DNA of 64,000 nucleotides from Eledone cirrhosa (lineage: Eukaryota): NCBI GenBank assembly GCA_964016885.1, contig OZ024740.1:393328001-393392000 (forward strand), given 5' to 3'. The position numbers and the translations under genes are program-made. Position 1 is the first letter of the stretch; every line of letters starts with the position of its first letter. The notes under the pieces are model-generated. The model worked only from the letters and a program-made list of their open reading frames with translations, had not been told where the DNA came from and did not search any database. This document shows positions 1-13,020 of the stretch, piece after piece.

Positions 1-399
1 TTCACAACATAAATATATTGGTTGACAGCCCTTCAACAAGGGATCAAGAAAAAAAAAAAAAAAAAAAAAAATAGAAAAAGTAGCAGAGAAAAATAAAAGG
101 GGACATAACAGCAGCAGTAGCAGCAACAACAACAATATAACAACAACACAAAGACAAAAGTGTTGCCTATTTTGAATGGTAGAGCGCAATAGTTTAGATA
201 TTGGAAACATTTTAAAAGTACATGTTCCAAGTGTTTTGGACATTATATCCACCAAAGCTCCAAGCAAAACACACCATCAGGCAAATCTCTAATGGTTTTA
301 TGTTCATAATTTACGAGAGGAATTTAAGATAAACACACACACACATATATATATAGAAAAAGTGAAAAGAAAAGCAAACATAATCACAAACACACATAT

Positions 400-446
400 A
401 CATATATATATACACACACACATGTATATATATATATATATATATG

Positions 447-477
<31 letters not shown>

Positions 478-576
478 GTATGTATATATACATATATATA
501 CATATGTATGTATATATACATATATATACATATGTATGTGTATATATATATATGTGTATGAATGTATATGTATATA

Positions 577-609
<33 letters not shown>

Positions 610-626
610 GTAAGTATGTATGTGTA
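400..626. repeat. (TA)n/(TATG)n microsatellite
   Basis: Direct low-complexity sequence; source of spurious YI-rich ORFs. Confidence 0.95.
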
Positions 627-1016
627 TCATCACCATCATCATCATCATCATTTTACGTCCGCTTTTCCCTGCTTGCAAGGGTGGGACGGGAACTGATTCT
701 GGCTTGATTTCTACAGCTGGATGCCCTTCCTAACACCAACCACATTTACAGTGAGTGCTTTTTTTTTTCCGTGGTGCCTACATGTCCAGTTTACAGTGTG
801 GGCTGGGTGCTTTTTTGCCGTGGCACCTCCCCGACCACTTTGCAGTGGAATGATAGGGAACCCAGTCCTATCATCTCATTTTTACAGCTGAGTAAACTGG
901 AGCAATGTGAAATAAAGTGTCTTGCTCAAGGAAACAACACATCACCCGGTCTGAGAATTGAACTCATAACCTTTGGATTGCAAGGCCAATGCTCTAACCA
1001 CTAAACCATGTGATCC
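627..1016 (-). mobile_element. tRNA-derived SINE with RTE (family B-like) 3' tail
   Basis: Minus strand starts with A-box-like TGGTTTAGTGG and B-box-like GAGTTCAATTC, then CCTTGAGCAAGACACTT. The 3' part matches the family B 3' UTR and ends in (GAT)n. Second copy at 35445-35772. Confidence 0.8.
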
Positions 1017-1162
1017 AGGTGTATGTGTATATATATATATATAATATAAATATGTATGTATATATGTATGTTTGTATGTATATATATATATATATATATA
1101 AATATGTATGTATATATGTATGTTTGTATGTATATATATATATATATATATAAATATGTATG

Positions 1163-1196
<34 letters not shown>

Positions 1197-1220
1197 TATA
1201 TATATATATATATATATTAT

Positions 1221-1825
1221 GTCAGGTCACCAGTTGGTGCTACTGGTAACATGTATCCCAGTACAACCTGTCTCATGGTCGGGTCGTTGGCGACTAAACT
1301 GGCAACCCCACCAAGGTTTCTTGGTGAGGAGGGTGACTTTGGACATCCTGCAGGACTAAAAACAAAACCTGTCAAAGGGAAAAAGAGCTCTTAAGAGTCA
1401 ATGGCCATCCAAAATCACCGGGAGAGATGACCCCTTCGCCTTTGTCAAGGCAGAATTCTAGGAGAAGGAAAACTCTGATATAACACCTGCAACTCTGATG
1501 GTATCCAATGATGTTGAGATGTTCTTCTTTTTGGTAAATATCAACTTGGTTAAGAGAGTGGGACTGGCTTTGTGCAGTGCCTTTGCTCACTATAAAAGCT
1601 TCACGGCACAGGCATTGCTTTATATCTGGAGATCTCTCTGCACTTGTCGTCACATGGTACCATGGGCCCAGCACTATGTATCAATAATTGTCACAAGTGT
1701 AGTGTTTGTACCAGAGTTTTCAAGTCGCTGGCTGGACTAAAAAGTCACACTCGTTCAGCGCATCGGTAGGAGTTCTACATGGATATAAAGTAGTAGCCGT
1801 ACTCGAAAACGAGTTGGCAGCCACC

Positions 1826-1826
<1 letters not shown>
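1221..1826. mobile_element. Unclassified GC-richer insert in (TA)n, probable interspersed repeat
   Basis: Sharp (TA)n boundaries on both sides; no convincing ORF. Confidence 0.4.
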
Positions 1827-1857
<31 letters not shown>

Positions 1858-1919
1858 GTATGTGTATATATATATATATATATGTGTATGTATATATGTA
1901 TGTATGTATATATATATAT

Positions 1920-4238
1920 ATCATCATCATCATCATCGTTTAACGTCCATCTTCCACGCTTGCATGGGTTTGGACGGGAATTTTCCCACTTGAGGCAAGA
2001 TTGGTTGTCTTGCTCGTATAGGACTGTCTGGTGGGTTTTCTACGGCTGGATGCTCTTCCTAACGCCAACCACGTTTACAGTGTGGACTGGCAGGTTTTTA
2101 CCGTGTTACCTACACGACCACATTACAGCGTGGACTGTGTGTTTTTTGTTGTGACACCTACACAACCTCATTTATTTCGGACTGTATGTTGTGGTACCAA
2201 CATAACTTTACATCGAAAGGGGTGGTGTGGATGGGGTGGGGGTAGTGGGACGAGGGTGTATTTTTGTTAAGAGGTGCCTACTGACTGTAGGTTTCGCTTT
2301 GTAATTAGGCAAGGCGGGTCTTCTGTATTACTGTGTAGCGCCATAGATCTCGGTCCAGTGACATTGTCTTGGAGAGGTGTAAGTGTGTGAGGTCGGAATT
2401 TATCAAGTCGTCCCATGTTTTTCTGGGTCTGCCTACTCCGTGGCTACCGTCTATTTTTATCGCCCTGCACTTTTTTATACAGCTGTCGTCTTTCATGCGA
2501 ATTACATGACCATACCAACATAGTCTTCTCTCGAGTAAAAAATATCTGATCCCTCTTATTCCTAATTTCTTCCTTAGTTCATTTATGATTTGCCATTCAC
2601 ATATATTACTATTACACATCCAACGGAGCATGCAAGCTTCGTTCCTCTCCAGTCTGCGTATATCCTCTGCACACAATGCCCAAGTCTCACTGCCATGTAA
2701 CATTGCTGTTCGTATGCAGGCATCATACAGCCTGCCTTTCATTTTTAGAGAGAAACCTTTAGCGGCCAATAGTGGTATAAGCTCTCTGAACTTTTTCCAT
2801 CCTGTTCTGACTCTAGCTACTGTACTTTCAGAGCAGCCTCCACCACTGCTGATTTTGTCACCCAGGTAACGGAAGGTGTCCATTATTTCTATAGAACCAT
2901 CTGTGCAATGGAATGAGCTAGTATTCTGTGGGCACTTGCTGCTACTTATTGCACCTGAGCACCGGCCACATATAAAATCTATATTCTTAGTTAGCTTACC
3001 TGTGATCCCACTACATCTTTTATGCACCCATACTTTGCATTTGGGACATAAAATGGAGTTTCTGCCTACTCCTTTCCTACACACTGAGCATGGCCATTTC
3101 CCAGATGGGACCAGTGCCCTATTTTCCTTCCTACAAACTAGAACTTTAGTCTTAGACAGGTTAATTTTAAAGCCTTTTGACTCTAGGCCATGCTTCCATG
3201 TTTGGAATTTCTTCTCTAGTTCAGCCATTGATTCAGCTATGAGCGTTAGATCATCTGCGTATAGGAGTTCCCATGGGCAGCCGGTCTTGAACTCCTCTGT
3301 TATAGCCTGAAGGGCAATAATAAATAGGAGGGGGCTAAGGACAGAGCCCTGAGGAACACCAACTTTTACGCTAAACTCTTCACTATATTCGTTGTTAATT
3401 CTAACCTTGCTGACTGTTTCTTTATACATGGCTTGTATAGCTCTGACAAGCCATTCATCAACACCTAGTTTTCTGAGAGCCCACCAGATAATGGGGCATG
3501 GGACTCTGTCAAAGGCTTTCTCCAAGTCAACAAAAGCTAAGTATAGGGGTTTACTTTTAGCCAGGTACTTCTCCTGTAGTTGTCGTACAATGAAAAGAGC
3601 GTCTGTGGTACTTTTACCTGACACAAACCCGAACTGCATTTCATCTAGATCAATTCGCTCTCTGATTAGTTGCGCTATTACTTTTTCTGTGACCTTCATG
3701 ACCTGGTCGATTAATTTAATGCCTCTATAGTTTCCCCTATCTAGGGCATCTCCTTTACCCTTGTAGCAGTTAATGATGATGCTGCTACGCCAGTCCTTCG
3801 GAACGACCCCATTCTGTATGACTTGGTTTACTATCCGGGTGACCATGGTGTGTCCCACCGTTCCAGATGCTTTCAGCATTTCAGCAACTATTTCCGAAGG
3901 CCCAGCCACCTTGCCTGTCTTCATATCTTTGATCGCCTTACTTATTATACTACCTTCAACTTGCACTGCTGGTCCCTCTATTGGATCGATGTGGGGGAGA
4001 CTGTCTTTCTCCCATTTATTCTCCTCATTTATTAGCCTTTTGTAGTGACACTTCCAAGATACCTTCTTATCAGCGTCAGTGATGGCAAGTACACCATCAT
4101 CATTAAGGACTCACTTCTCCCCGACAATATCATGGTTTTCCTTGACACATTGCCTAGCATCCTGAACACCTCACGTTTTTGGTCCTCGCGTTGTAGAACA
4201 TGCTTGAACTTTCTTTCCTCTGCTTCCCTTCTTGTGAA

Positions 4239-4242
<4 letters not shown>
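1920..4242 (-). mobile_element. RTE-clade LINE, family A, 5'-truncated
   Basis: RT ORF 2305-3966 ([49 protein letters not shown]), 3' UTR and (GAT)n tail; flanked by (TA)n. Confidence 0.95.
2305..3966 (-). CDS. Non-LTR reverse transcriptase (RTE family A, partial ORF) with embedded PHD-like finger
   Basis: 553-aa ORF with RT motifs and CSVC-CPKC-HKRC-CGRC. Confidence 0.9.
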   Translation of the reverse strand: MQVEGSIISKAIKDMKTGKVAGPSEIVAEMLKASGTVGHTMVTRIVNQVIQNGVVPKDWRSSIIINCYKGKGDALDRGNYRGIKLIDQVMKVTEKVIAQLIRERIDLDEMQFGFVSGKSTTDALFIVRQLQEKYLAKSKPLYLAFVDLEKAFDRVPCPIIWWALRKLGVDEWLVRAIQAMYKETVSKVRINNEYSEEFSVKVGVPQGSVLSPLLFIIALQAITEEFKTGCPWELLYADDLTLIAESMAELEKKFQTWKHGLESKGFKINLSKTKVLVCRKENRALVPSGKWPCSVCRKGVGRNSILCPKCKVWVHKRCSGITGKLTKNIDFICGRCSGAISSSKCPQNTSSFHCTDGSIEIMDTFRYLGDKISSGGGCSESTVARVRTGWKKFRELIPLLAAKGFSLKMKGRLYDACIRTAMLHGSETWALCAEDIRRLERNEACMLRWMCNSNICEWQIINELRKKLGIRGIRYFLLERRLCWYGHVIRMKDDSCIKKCRAIKIDGSHGVGRPRKTWDDLINSDLTHLHLSKTMSLDRDLWRYTVIQKTRLA

Positions 4243-4282
<40 letters not shown>

Positions 4283-4317
4283 ATATGTATGTATATATAG
4301 ACACATATATATATGTC

Positions 4318-4597
4318 TAAAGTCTGTCTTATGCCAGAAGGCTCATTTGGCCGGTGCTTATCCCGGTTTCATGGCGTGAAGCAACTGAGGGTACAAGACT
4401 CCCCCCTGGACAGGACGCCAGTCCATCGCAGGGTTAAACCTCCAGCTATTGCTGGTACTCATTTTCAGCTGAGTATACTGGAGCAATGTGAAATGAAGTG
4501 TTTTGCTCAAGAACACAACACGCAACCCAGGAATCAAGCCCACAACATTATGATCGTAAGTCCAACACTCTTACCACTAAGCCACGTGCCTCCACCG
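4318..4597 (-). mobile_element. tRNA-derived SINE (V/CORE-like central domain)
   Basis: Minus strand GGTGGAGGCACGTGGCTTAGTGGTAAGAG..GGCTTGATTCC, then TTCTTGAGCAAAACACTT and CCCTGCGATGGACTGGCGTCCTGTCCAGGGG; inside (TA)n. Domain name is from recall. Confidence 0.75.
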
Positions 4598-4678
4598 TGT
4601 GTATGTATGTATATATATATATGTGTGTGTATGTATGTATGTATATATATAAATACACACATATATATATATATATAA

Positions 4679-4723
<45 letters not shown>

Positions 4724-4732
4724 CATATATAT

Positions 4733-5478
4733 AGAGAGGAACGAAGCTTGCATGCTCCGCTGGATGTGTAACAGTAATATACGTGAACGGCAAAGCATAA
4801 ACGAACTAAGGAAAAAATTAGAGATAAGAGGGATCAGATGTTGTTTACTCGAGAGAAGGCTACGTTGGTATGGACACGTGATGCGCATGAAAGTCGATAG
4901 CTGTATAACAAAGTGCAGGGCAATAAAGATAGACGGTAGTCACGGAATAGGCAGACCTAGAAAAACCTGGGACGAGCTGATAAACTCCGACATCACACAC
5001 TTACACCTCTCCAAGACAATGTCACTGGACCGAGACCTTTGGCGGTACTCAGTAACAGAGAAGACCCGCCTTACCTAAATATATAGTAAAACCTACTCCA
5101 GCCAGTAGGCATCTCTAACAAATACACCCCGTCCCACCACCCCCACCCCCACCCCATCCACACCACCCCGTTCTATGTAAAGTTATGTTGGTGCCGCGCC
5201 ATCGAGGCCGAAACAAATGAGATCGTGTAGGTGTCACGACAAAAAAACACACAGTCCACGCTGTAATGTGGCCGTGTAGGCAACACGGTAAAAACCTCCC
5301 AGACCCACACTGTAAATGTGGTTGGTGTTAGGAAGGGCATCCAACTGTAGAAAACCTGCCAGACAGTCCTATGCGAGCAAGACAATCACTCTTGCCTCAA
5401 GTGGGACTACCTCCGTCCAAACCCATGCAAGCGTGGAACACGGACGTTAAACGTTGATGATGATGATGATGATGATGA
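4733..5478 (+). mobile_element. RTE LINE family A, 3' fragment
   Basis: ORF 4752-5078 ends EKTRLT; UTR and (GAT)n tail run into (TA)n. Confidence 0.95.
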
Positions 5479-5499
5479 TATATATATATATATATATAA

Positions 5500-5560
<61 letters not shown>

Positions 5561-5561
<1 letters not shown>

Positions 5562-6664
5562 TGGCCTTGCTCAGTATGTAGGAAAGGTGTAGGTAGGAAC
5601 TCCATTCACTGCCCCAAATGCAAACAATGGGTACACAAGAGATGTAGCGGGATCTCAGGAAGCTTAATTAAGAATGTAGGATTCACATGCAGCAGCTGTG
5701 CTGAAACAGCAAGCAAACAGCCACAGGAAACAAGTACCACCAATCTCTGGGAGGGCCCTGTAGAAACAGTAGACAGCTTCTGCTACCTAGGTGACCGAAT
5801 TAGCAACGGAGGTGGGTGCTCAGAAAGTACAATAACTAGGGTAAGAACGGGATGGAAGAAGTTTAGGGAACTACTACCACTGCTAGCTGCAAAAGGCTTC
5901 TCCCTCAGAATGAAAGGCAGACTGTATGATGCGTGTATCCGAACAGCGATGTTGCATGGTAGTGAGACCTGGGCGCTGAAGGTGGAAGACTTACGTAGAT
6001 TAGAGAGAAACGAAGCCTGCATGCTCCGATGGATGTGTAACAGTAATATACGTGAACGACAAAGCATAAAGGAATTGAGAGAGAGACTGAGCATAAGAGG
6101 AATCAAATGCTGCGTGCAGGAGAGGCGGTTACGCTGGTATGGACATGTGATGCGTATGAAGGATGACAGCTGCATAAAAAGGTGCAGAGCACTAGAAGTT
6201 GATGGAAACCGCGGAGTGGGGAGACCCAAGATGACTTGGGATGAGGTGATAAAAGCCGACCTTACCCAACTACACCTCTCAAAGTCAATGACACACGACC
6301 GTGACTTCTGGCGTCACGCAGTAATACAGGGTACCCGACCTCCCATGGGTACATGCTGAAGCATATAAACAATATGCCCCACACCCTCCCACTGTAAAGT
6401 TGTCGTGGAGGTGCCACGGCAAAAAAGCACCCAGCCCACACTGTAAAGTGGACGTGTAGGCGCCACGAAAAAGCACCCAGCACTCACTGTAAATGAGGTT
6501 GGTGTTAGGAAGGGCATCCAGCTGTAGAAATCAAGCCAGATCAGTTCCTGTATGAGCAAGGCATGGTCAGCCGACCAGACACTGCCCACAACAGGACAAC
6601 CCGTCTAACCCATGCTAGCGTGGAAGAACGGACGTAAAACGGTGATGATGATGATGATGATGAT
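5561..6664 (+). mobile_element. RTE LINE family B, 3' fragment
   Basis: Coding part ends [10 protein letters not shown] at 6359; UTR and (GAT)n tail; (TA)n on both sides. Confidence 0.95.
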
Positions 6665-6670
6665 ATATAA

Positions 6671-6769
<99 letters not shown>

Positions 6770-6824
6770 CACACATATATATATATATATATATATAAAT
6801 ACACACATATATATATATATAAAT

Positions 6825-6873
<49 letters not shown>

Positions 6874-6876
6874 AAT

Positions 6877-6933
<57 letters not shown>

Positions 6934-7082
6934 GGAGGTGAGTTTTATTGTAGTACAATAAATTATCCCACAGGTTTGTTCTAATTGTTCTTCTTTGAAC
7001 TTAAATTTATGGTTTGGTACTTCTGAAGTGATTGGCTGGTTCAACAAATTGAATAAGAAAAATAAACAAAAATTTATTCAAT

Positions 7083-8695
7083 TTGATATTGCCAGCTACT
7101 ATTCTTCTATTTCGCCCTCACTTCTCAACAATGCTCTATCTTTACAAATATTCAGACATTACCACAGATGAACTTCACATCATTCTCACTGCACGTAAAA
7201 CCATCCTAGAGTTCAACAATCAATATTGGACCAGAGCTGATACCTCTAACAACTTTGACATCACAATGGGAACATCCGATTCATCCCAATTGACAGATTT
7301 AATTGGTATCTTTATTTTGAACTCTTTCAATCGGAAAATTCCTCAACTTCGCGGTGGAATTTATCGTGACGATGGACTCTTTACTATCTTAAATTGCAAC
7401 ATATTTAACCTTAATATTATTAAGAACAATATACATAATCTCTTTAACCAACATAACTTAAAAATTGAATTTGATAACAGCATCAAACTAGCTAATTTCT
7501 TGGATGTATCTCTTAATCTTGACACTGGCCTATATTACCCTTACCATAAAAACAATGAGAACCTAAATTATGTTAATTTTAAATCTAACCACCCTACTAA
7601 TATTAAGAATGCTATAGTTAGTAATATTGGAAAAAGAATATCTAACCTATCTTCTAATAAAAACATCTTTGATGCTAACGCCAATTACTATAATAACGCG
7701 CTTTCTAAACCCGGTTATCCTGAAAAAATCAAATATAGTAAAGAAACAAATTCTAGAAGATCTTACAGTAGAATAATTAATCATGATCATTCCAATAGCT
7801 TTAATAAAAGACCTAGATACAAAAACATAATCTGGTATAATGCTCCTTTCGCCATCTCTATTAATAATAATATTCCTAAATTATTCTTTAGTGCCTTAAA
7901 TAAATGCTTCCCTCCCTCACATATCTATAGTAAAATATTTAACAAACACACTATAAAATTCTCCTATTCGACCTTCTCCAACATCTCCAACATTATCTCT
8001 ACAATAAAATACTAAATACTAAATCTCTTCCTTCCAACACTGAATATCATAATAATAGTAATAGTACTCCCGACGTCATTGTTAACTCGAGGCTAATTTC
8101 TGCAAACCCAAATACAACGTCAAACGCAACTTCGCTAAATGTTCTTAATCCCATTCTAAATCAAGAAACTATTATTCCTATCGTAAATAACTTCTCCAAT
8201 CCAATCTCTTCTATAGATAACACTAGGTCACTTGTTAATAACTCTGTTAATCTCTCTAATTGCAATTGCAATTGCCCTGTTAAAAATAAATGTCCTCTCA
8301 ACAACCATTGTCTTGAAAAAAACTTAATCTACGAATGTAAAGTTATAACTGACACCAATTCCTTTACCTATTTTGGCTCCACTTCCACCTCCTTTAAAGC
8401 TCATCTTTATAATCATCATTCGTCTTTTAAATACCAACTTAAAAGAACCAACACGGCACTCTCAGAACTCATATGGTCCTTGAAAGACAAACATATTAAC
8501 TATAACATCTCTTGGAAGAAGGTTTCTTCTGCTTCTCCATACTTGAACAGTTCACTATCCAAGACATGCAATCTCTGTTTATGTGAAAAATTTACCATTA
8601 TATCTAATTTAAATTCTATAATAAATAGACGCACTGACTTGTTTTCTCTCTGCTTGCATAAATTCCACAGAACATTCCATAAAGTATACAGCTAA
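7083..8695 (+). pseudogene. PLE RT + GIY-YIG endonuclease ORF broken by frameshifts
   Basis: ORFs 7083-8015 and 8480-8695; the endonuclease frame extends upstream of 8480. Confidence 0.85.
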
Positions 8696-9659
8696 TATCC
8701 AATACTTTACCAATTTAAAATCCTTTTCTCAAAGGCACATATATATATATACATATATATTTCTTTAAAAATATACCCATCTTTCTACCTTATTTCAATA
8801 TTATTTATTATACATTATATAATACTAGTTACTCATTCTATTTCACTCCTATTTATCACTTCCCTTTCTTTCTTTTTCCTTTTTTCTTTTCTTTTCTCAT
8901 TCTTTTAATTTCTAACCCCTAATCTGTACTTTTTCTTCCTAGACACTTCTCAATTATCATTGTGCCTAACGTAGAAACAATTATTACACAGCACAATATA
9001 TTCTTACTTTATATCACCTTAAAAAAATCCTTCGTAAACAAACATTTTTTTGACATTAGATTATTCATCCTCAATTCATTATTTTTTTCTCCCTTTCATA
9101 CTCATCTAACTTATACATATTACACTTATTCATCCTCTCTTCTACTTCTTTCACAATATATCCTTAATTACATTACTATTGCAATATTTTTATATTTTTT
9201 AATAATACATATCAACAATTTCTTTCCATCGCACATATTAAACCCTTAAATATTATTCTTAATACATATTAACAATTTCTTTTCATCACACATATTATTA
9301 AACCCTTAAATATACAAACCTTAATTTAACATTATTCTAAAATTTTTCTCTTCGTTAATTTTCAAATTCTTTTAATTTATATATTATCTTCCAACGGTTT
9401 TTCAACCTCTCTATGTAAAACAATATATTTTTCTCAGTTATAAAAGCTATCTCTCTCTCTCTATCACCCATCTCTCCTCCTATCTCATCCTTCCTCATTA
9501 TACTCCTCCCCCTCCACTTTTTACTCTCATCTCCTCCTCTTTTTCATCCTTACCCCCCCCCCCCCCGAATTTTTTTCCCAATATCACACATCAATCTAAA
9601 ACTACTTTTCATATGTTGATTTAAAACAAGTGTGTTTTAACCTTCATATCATGTCTCCC

Positions 9660-9730
9660 TATTTTATCTGACGAAAACGCAAATGTTATTGCATGATGAT
9701 ATTTGTTTTTGAAATGCGCATAATAAAATA
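9660..9730 (+). ncRNA. Type I hammerhead ribozyme in PLE 3' end
   Basis: TATTTTAT-CTGACGA-stem II-GAAA-TGCGCA-TA-ATAAAATA: 8-bp stem I, palindromic stem III. Confidence 0.88.
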
Positions 9731-9767
9731 CATGGAACTCTTTTAACCATCTTTTGATCTTATATAT

Positions 9768-9817
<50 letters not shown>

Positions 9818-9840
9818 ATATGTATATATATAAATACACA

Positions 9841-10730
9841 CATCATCATCATCGTTTAACGTCCATGTTCCATGCTTGCATGGGTTTGGACGGGAGTTTT
9901 CCCACTTGAGGCAAGAGTGGTTGTCTTGCTCGCATAGGACTGTCTGGCGGGTTTTCTACAGCTGGATGCCCTTCCTAACGCCAACCACATTTACAGTGTG
10001 GGGCTGGGAGGTTTTTACCGTGTTGCCTACATGGCTACATTACAGCGTGGACTGTGTGTTTTTTGTCGTGACACCTACACGATCTCATTTGTTTCGGCCT
10101 GGATGTTGTGGCACCAACATAACTTTACAGTGAAAGGGGCGGTGTGGAGGGGCTGGGGGTGGTGGGGCGGGGTGTATTTTGTTAGAGATGCCTACTGACT
10201 GTAGTAGGTTTTACTTTGTATATAGGTAAGGCGGGTCTTCTCTATTACTGAGTACTGCCAAAGATCTCGGTGTCCAGTGACATTGTCTTGGAGAGGTGTA
10301 AGTGTGTGAGGTCGGAATTTATCAGCTCGTCCCAGGTTTTTCTGGGTCTGCCTACTCCGTGGGTACCGTCTATCTTTATTGCCCTGCACTTTTTTATACA
10401 GCTATTGTCTTTCATGCGCATCATGTGACCATACCAACGTAGCCTTCTCTCGAGTAAACAACATCTGATCCCTCTTATTTCTAATTTTTCCCTTAGTTCG
10501 TTTATGCTCTGCCGTTCACGTATATTACTATTACACATCCAGCGGAGCATGCAAGCTTCGTTCCTCTCCAGTCTGCGTATATCCTCTGCACACAATGCCC
10601 AGGCCTCACTGCCATGCAACATTGCTGTTCGTATGCAGGCATCATACAGCCTGCCTTTCATTTTTAGGGAGAACCCTTTAGCGGCTAATAGTGGTATAAG
10701 CTCTGTGAACTTTTTCCATCCAGTTCTGAC
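9841..10730 (-). mobile_element. RTE LINE family A, 3' fragment
   Basis: [15 protein letters not shown] homology, UTR, (GAT)n tail. Confidence 0.95.
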
Positions 10731-11118
10731 TATATATATATATATATATGTATGCATATATACATATATATATATATATGTATACATATATATATGTATG
10801 TATGTATGTATGCATATATATATGTATGTATGTATGTATGCATATATATATATATGTATGTATGTATGCATATATATATGTATGTATGTATGCATATATA
10901 TATATATATATGCATATATACATATATATATATATATATGTATGCATATATACATATATATATATATATGTATGTATGCATATATACATATATATATATA
11001 TATATGTAGGTATGCATATATACATATATATGTATGTATGTATGTATGTAAGTATGTATATATATATATATATGTGTGTGTGTGTATATATATATACATA
11101 TGTGTGTGTGTGTGTGTA
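10731..11118. repeat. (TA)n/(TATG)n/(TG)n microsatellite
   Basis: Direct. Confidence 0.95.
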
Positions 11119-12719
11119 TTCTTGTTAGAATAGTTAGAATAGAATAGTTAGTATTTATTTTCTTTCTCTCTCTCCCTTTAGCTTATTTTAAAAAAAAGAA
11201 AACACAAATCAAGAGAAAAGGAAGTAAGAAAAAATAGTAATTCATGTCAAAACAAAAATAACTGAAAATATTTTTTTACATATATTTTCTATAAAAAAAA
11301 ATTGTAGTGTGTATTTGTTTTAAGTGAGGGTGTGAAATGAAATCAGAATTTTAGTACCCTAAAAAAACCCAAACTAGTGTTTCTCTAAGACTCAAAGTAG
11401 ATGTCAAAGAAAAAAAAAGTAAAGATGTGTAGAAGGGGATGGTAGGCTGTGGCAGAAAATGTTCCATGTTTAGTGGTGATGTTGCTTTTGCCTGTATAGG
11501 AATGAAAGAAAAAAACATCATATGGGAGGAGGACTCTGACTAGGCTGGGGAGGTGGGCATAAGGTGAAGTTGGATGGAAAGGGGGGGGGGGGGCTAAAGG
11601 AAGGAAAAATAGAATGAAGAGTGGCAGTGAGTATTACTTTGTTTTTCTTTTTTCTCCATCCACCCACCATCTGCCCTCCTTTAAGCTGGATCTATATACA
11701 ATGCAAGGATACTAACTTGCTAAAATACCCATCTGCCACCCACCCAGTTCTAGTGATAGATAGATAGATAGATGTGGAGAGAGAGAAGAAAAGAGAGAAC
11801 CTTAGAAAGAGAGAATGGAATGGGGGATTAGAAAGTTAGGGTCAAATAGAGAGAGAAGAGAGAGAGAAGAGAGAGACAGAGAATATAATCCCTGTTGGCA
11901 GTTAGCAAGGAAGAAGTCAGTGATACCCTGCTGCCAAAATTGTTTTTCTAAGCTGGAAAAATTCAAGCCACAAAATTTCTTCAAGACAACAAAAATATAT
12001 TAAAAACAAAGAAACTCACAAGAAAAAAACCTCAAAAACAAAAAAACAAATGTAAAACAAAAAAAATCTGTAAAAACAGAAAGAGCAGGAGGAGGTGAGC
12101 AAGGAAGAGGTGAAGAATAAGAAGGAGGAGAAGGAGGAGGAATAATATTTGGCTGACACTGTTAACTCATCAGTGTGTCAGTTGTGACACTTATCTGACA
12201 GATTTCCTTTCTGTCTGTCAGTAAGAGAAACACACCAGCACCAAAGAAAAGGAGCAGGCAAGCTTTATTGCTAAGGAATGAAAGAATATGTGTGCTTGTG
12301 TGAGTGTGTATATGTACAAATATACATGCACATGCGCATACAGTTGCACACACACACACAGATCTCTCTTTCTCTATTGAACCCGGGATACACACACACA
12401 TATATATATATATGCACACACATAACATATACAAGAATGACTCATGTATGTTCAGATGTGTCAATATTTGTTTGTATGTATGCATGTATGAGAGTGGTGT
12501 CTCTGGCATGGCTGCAGTCCAATGACTGAAACCAGTAAGAGAATAAAAAATGTGTATGTTTCCACACCCACTTGTAACAGTACAAATGTAGAGAAGAAAA
12601 AAGTAAGAAATCGGTTACACAAAAAATATTTTCTAATTATATACCCATTTCTGCAGTATACTTATGAAGTCCAATATACCCTTTTACTGGTTTTTCTAAC
12701 ATCTTTTATTAAGTATTGT

Positions 12720-13020
12720 TGTCATCATCATCATCATTTTACGTCCGCTTTTCCCTGCTTGCAAAAGTGGGACGGGTCTTCTTCAGCACAGCATATATCC
12801 ATTCGTCATGGTCCCTCGTCATCTCCTCTGTGAGCTTCAGCAATCTGAGGTCAGCTCTCACCACCTTCGCTCATATTTTTCGTGGTCTTCCTCTACTGCG
12901 TCTTCCTTCCACCAGGATTTCTTGGCACTTCTTCACCTAGCTGTCATCTTCCATGCGCATCACCTGGCCATACCAACGCAGTCTTCTCTCCCACACACTA
13001 CAGTTTATCCCTCTTATACA
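12720..13020 (-). mobile_element. Older RTE LINE 3' fragment
   Basis: Minus strand encodes RRLRWYGQVMRM..GRPRK; tail GCGGACGTAAAATGATGATG. Confidence 0.75.

Larger units (their letters stand above)
6931..9770 (+). mobile_element. Penelope-like element (Naiad-type), 5'-truncated, frameshifted
   Basis: RT motifs [32 protein letters not shown]; then CNCPVKNKCPLNNHC, LIYECKV..TYFG (GIY-YIG), CNLCLCEK; about 1 kb AT-rich 3' region ending in an HHR. Confidence 0.88.

Noticed and set aside
900-1016. tRNA genes at SINE heads
   Set aside because: A/B boxes are present but there is no full cloverleaf, and each is followed by a SINE body
8000-8695. Possible selenoprotein Naiad (in-frame UGA plus SECIS)
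   Set aside because: Conserved Cys positions here and at 54234-54983 are TGT/TGC, and no convincing SECIS was seen
12152-12225. Hairpins containing CTGATGA on the minus strand
   Set aside because: No GAAA/stem III half, so not an HHR; insufficient support for a miRNA
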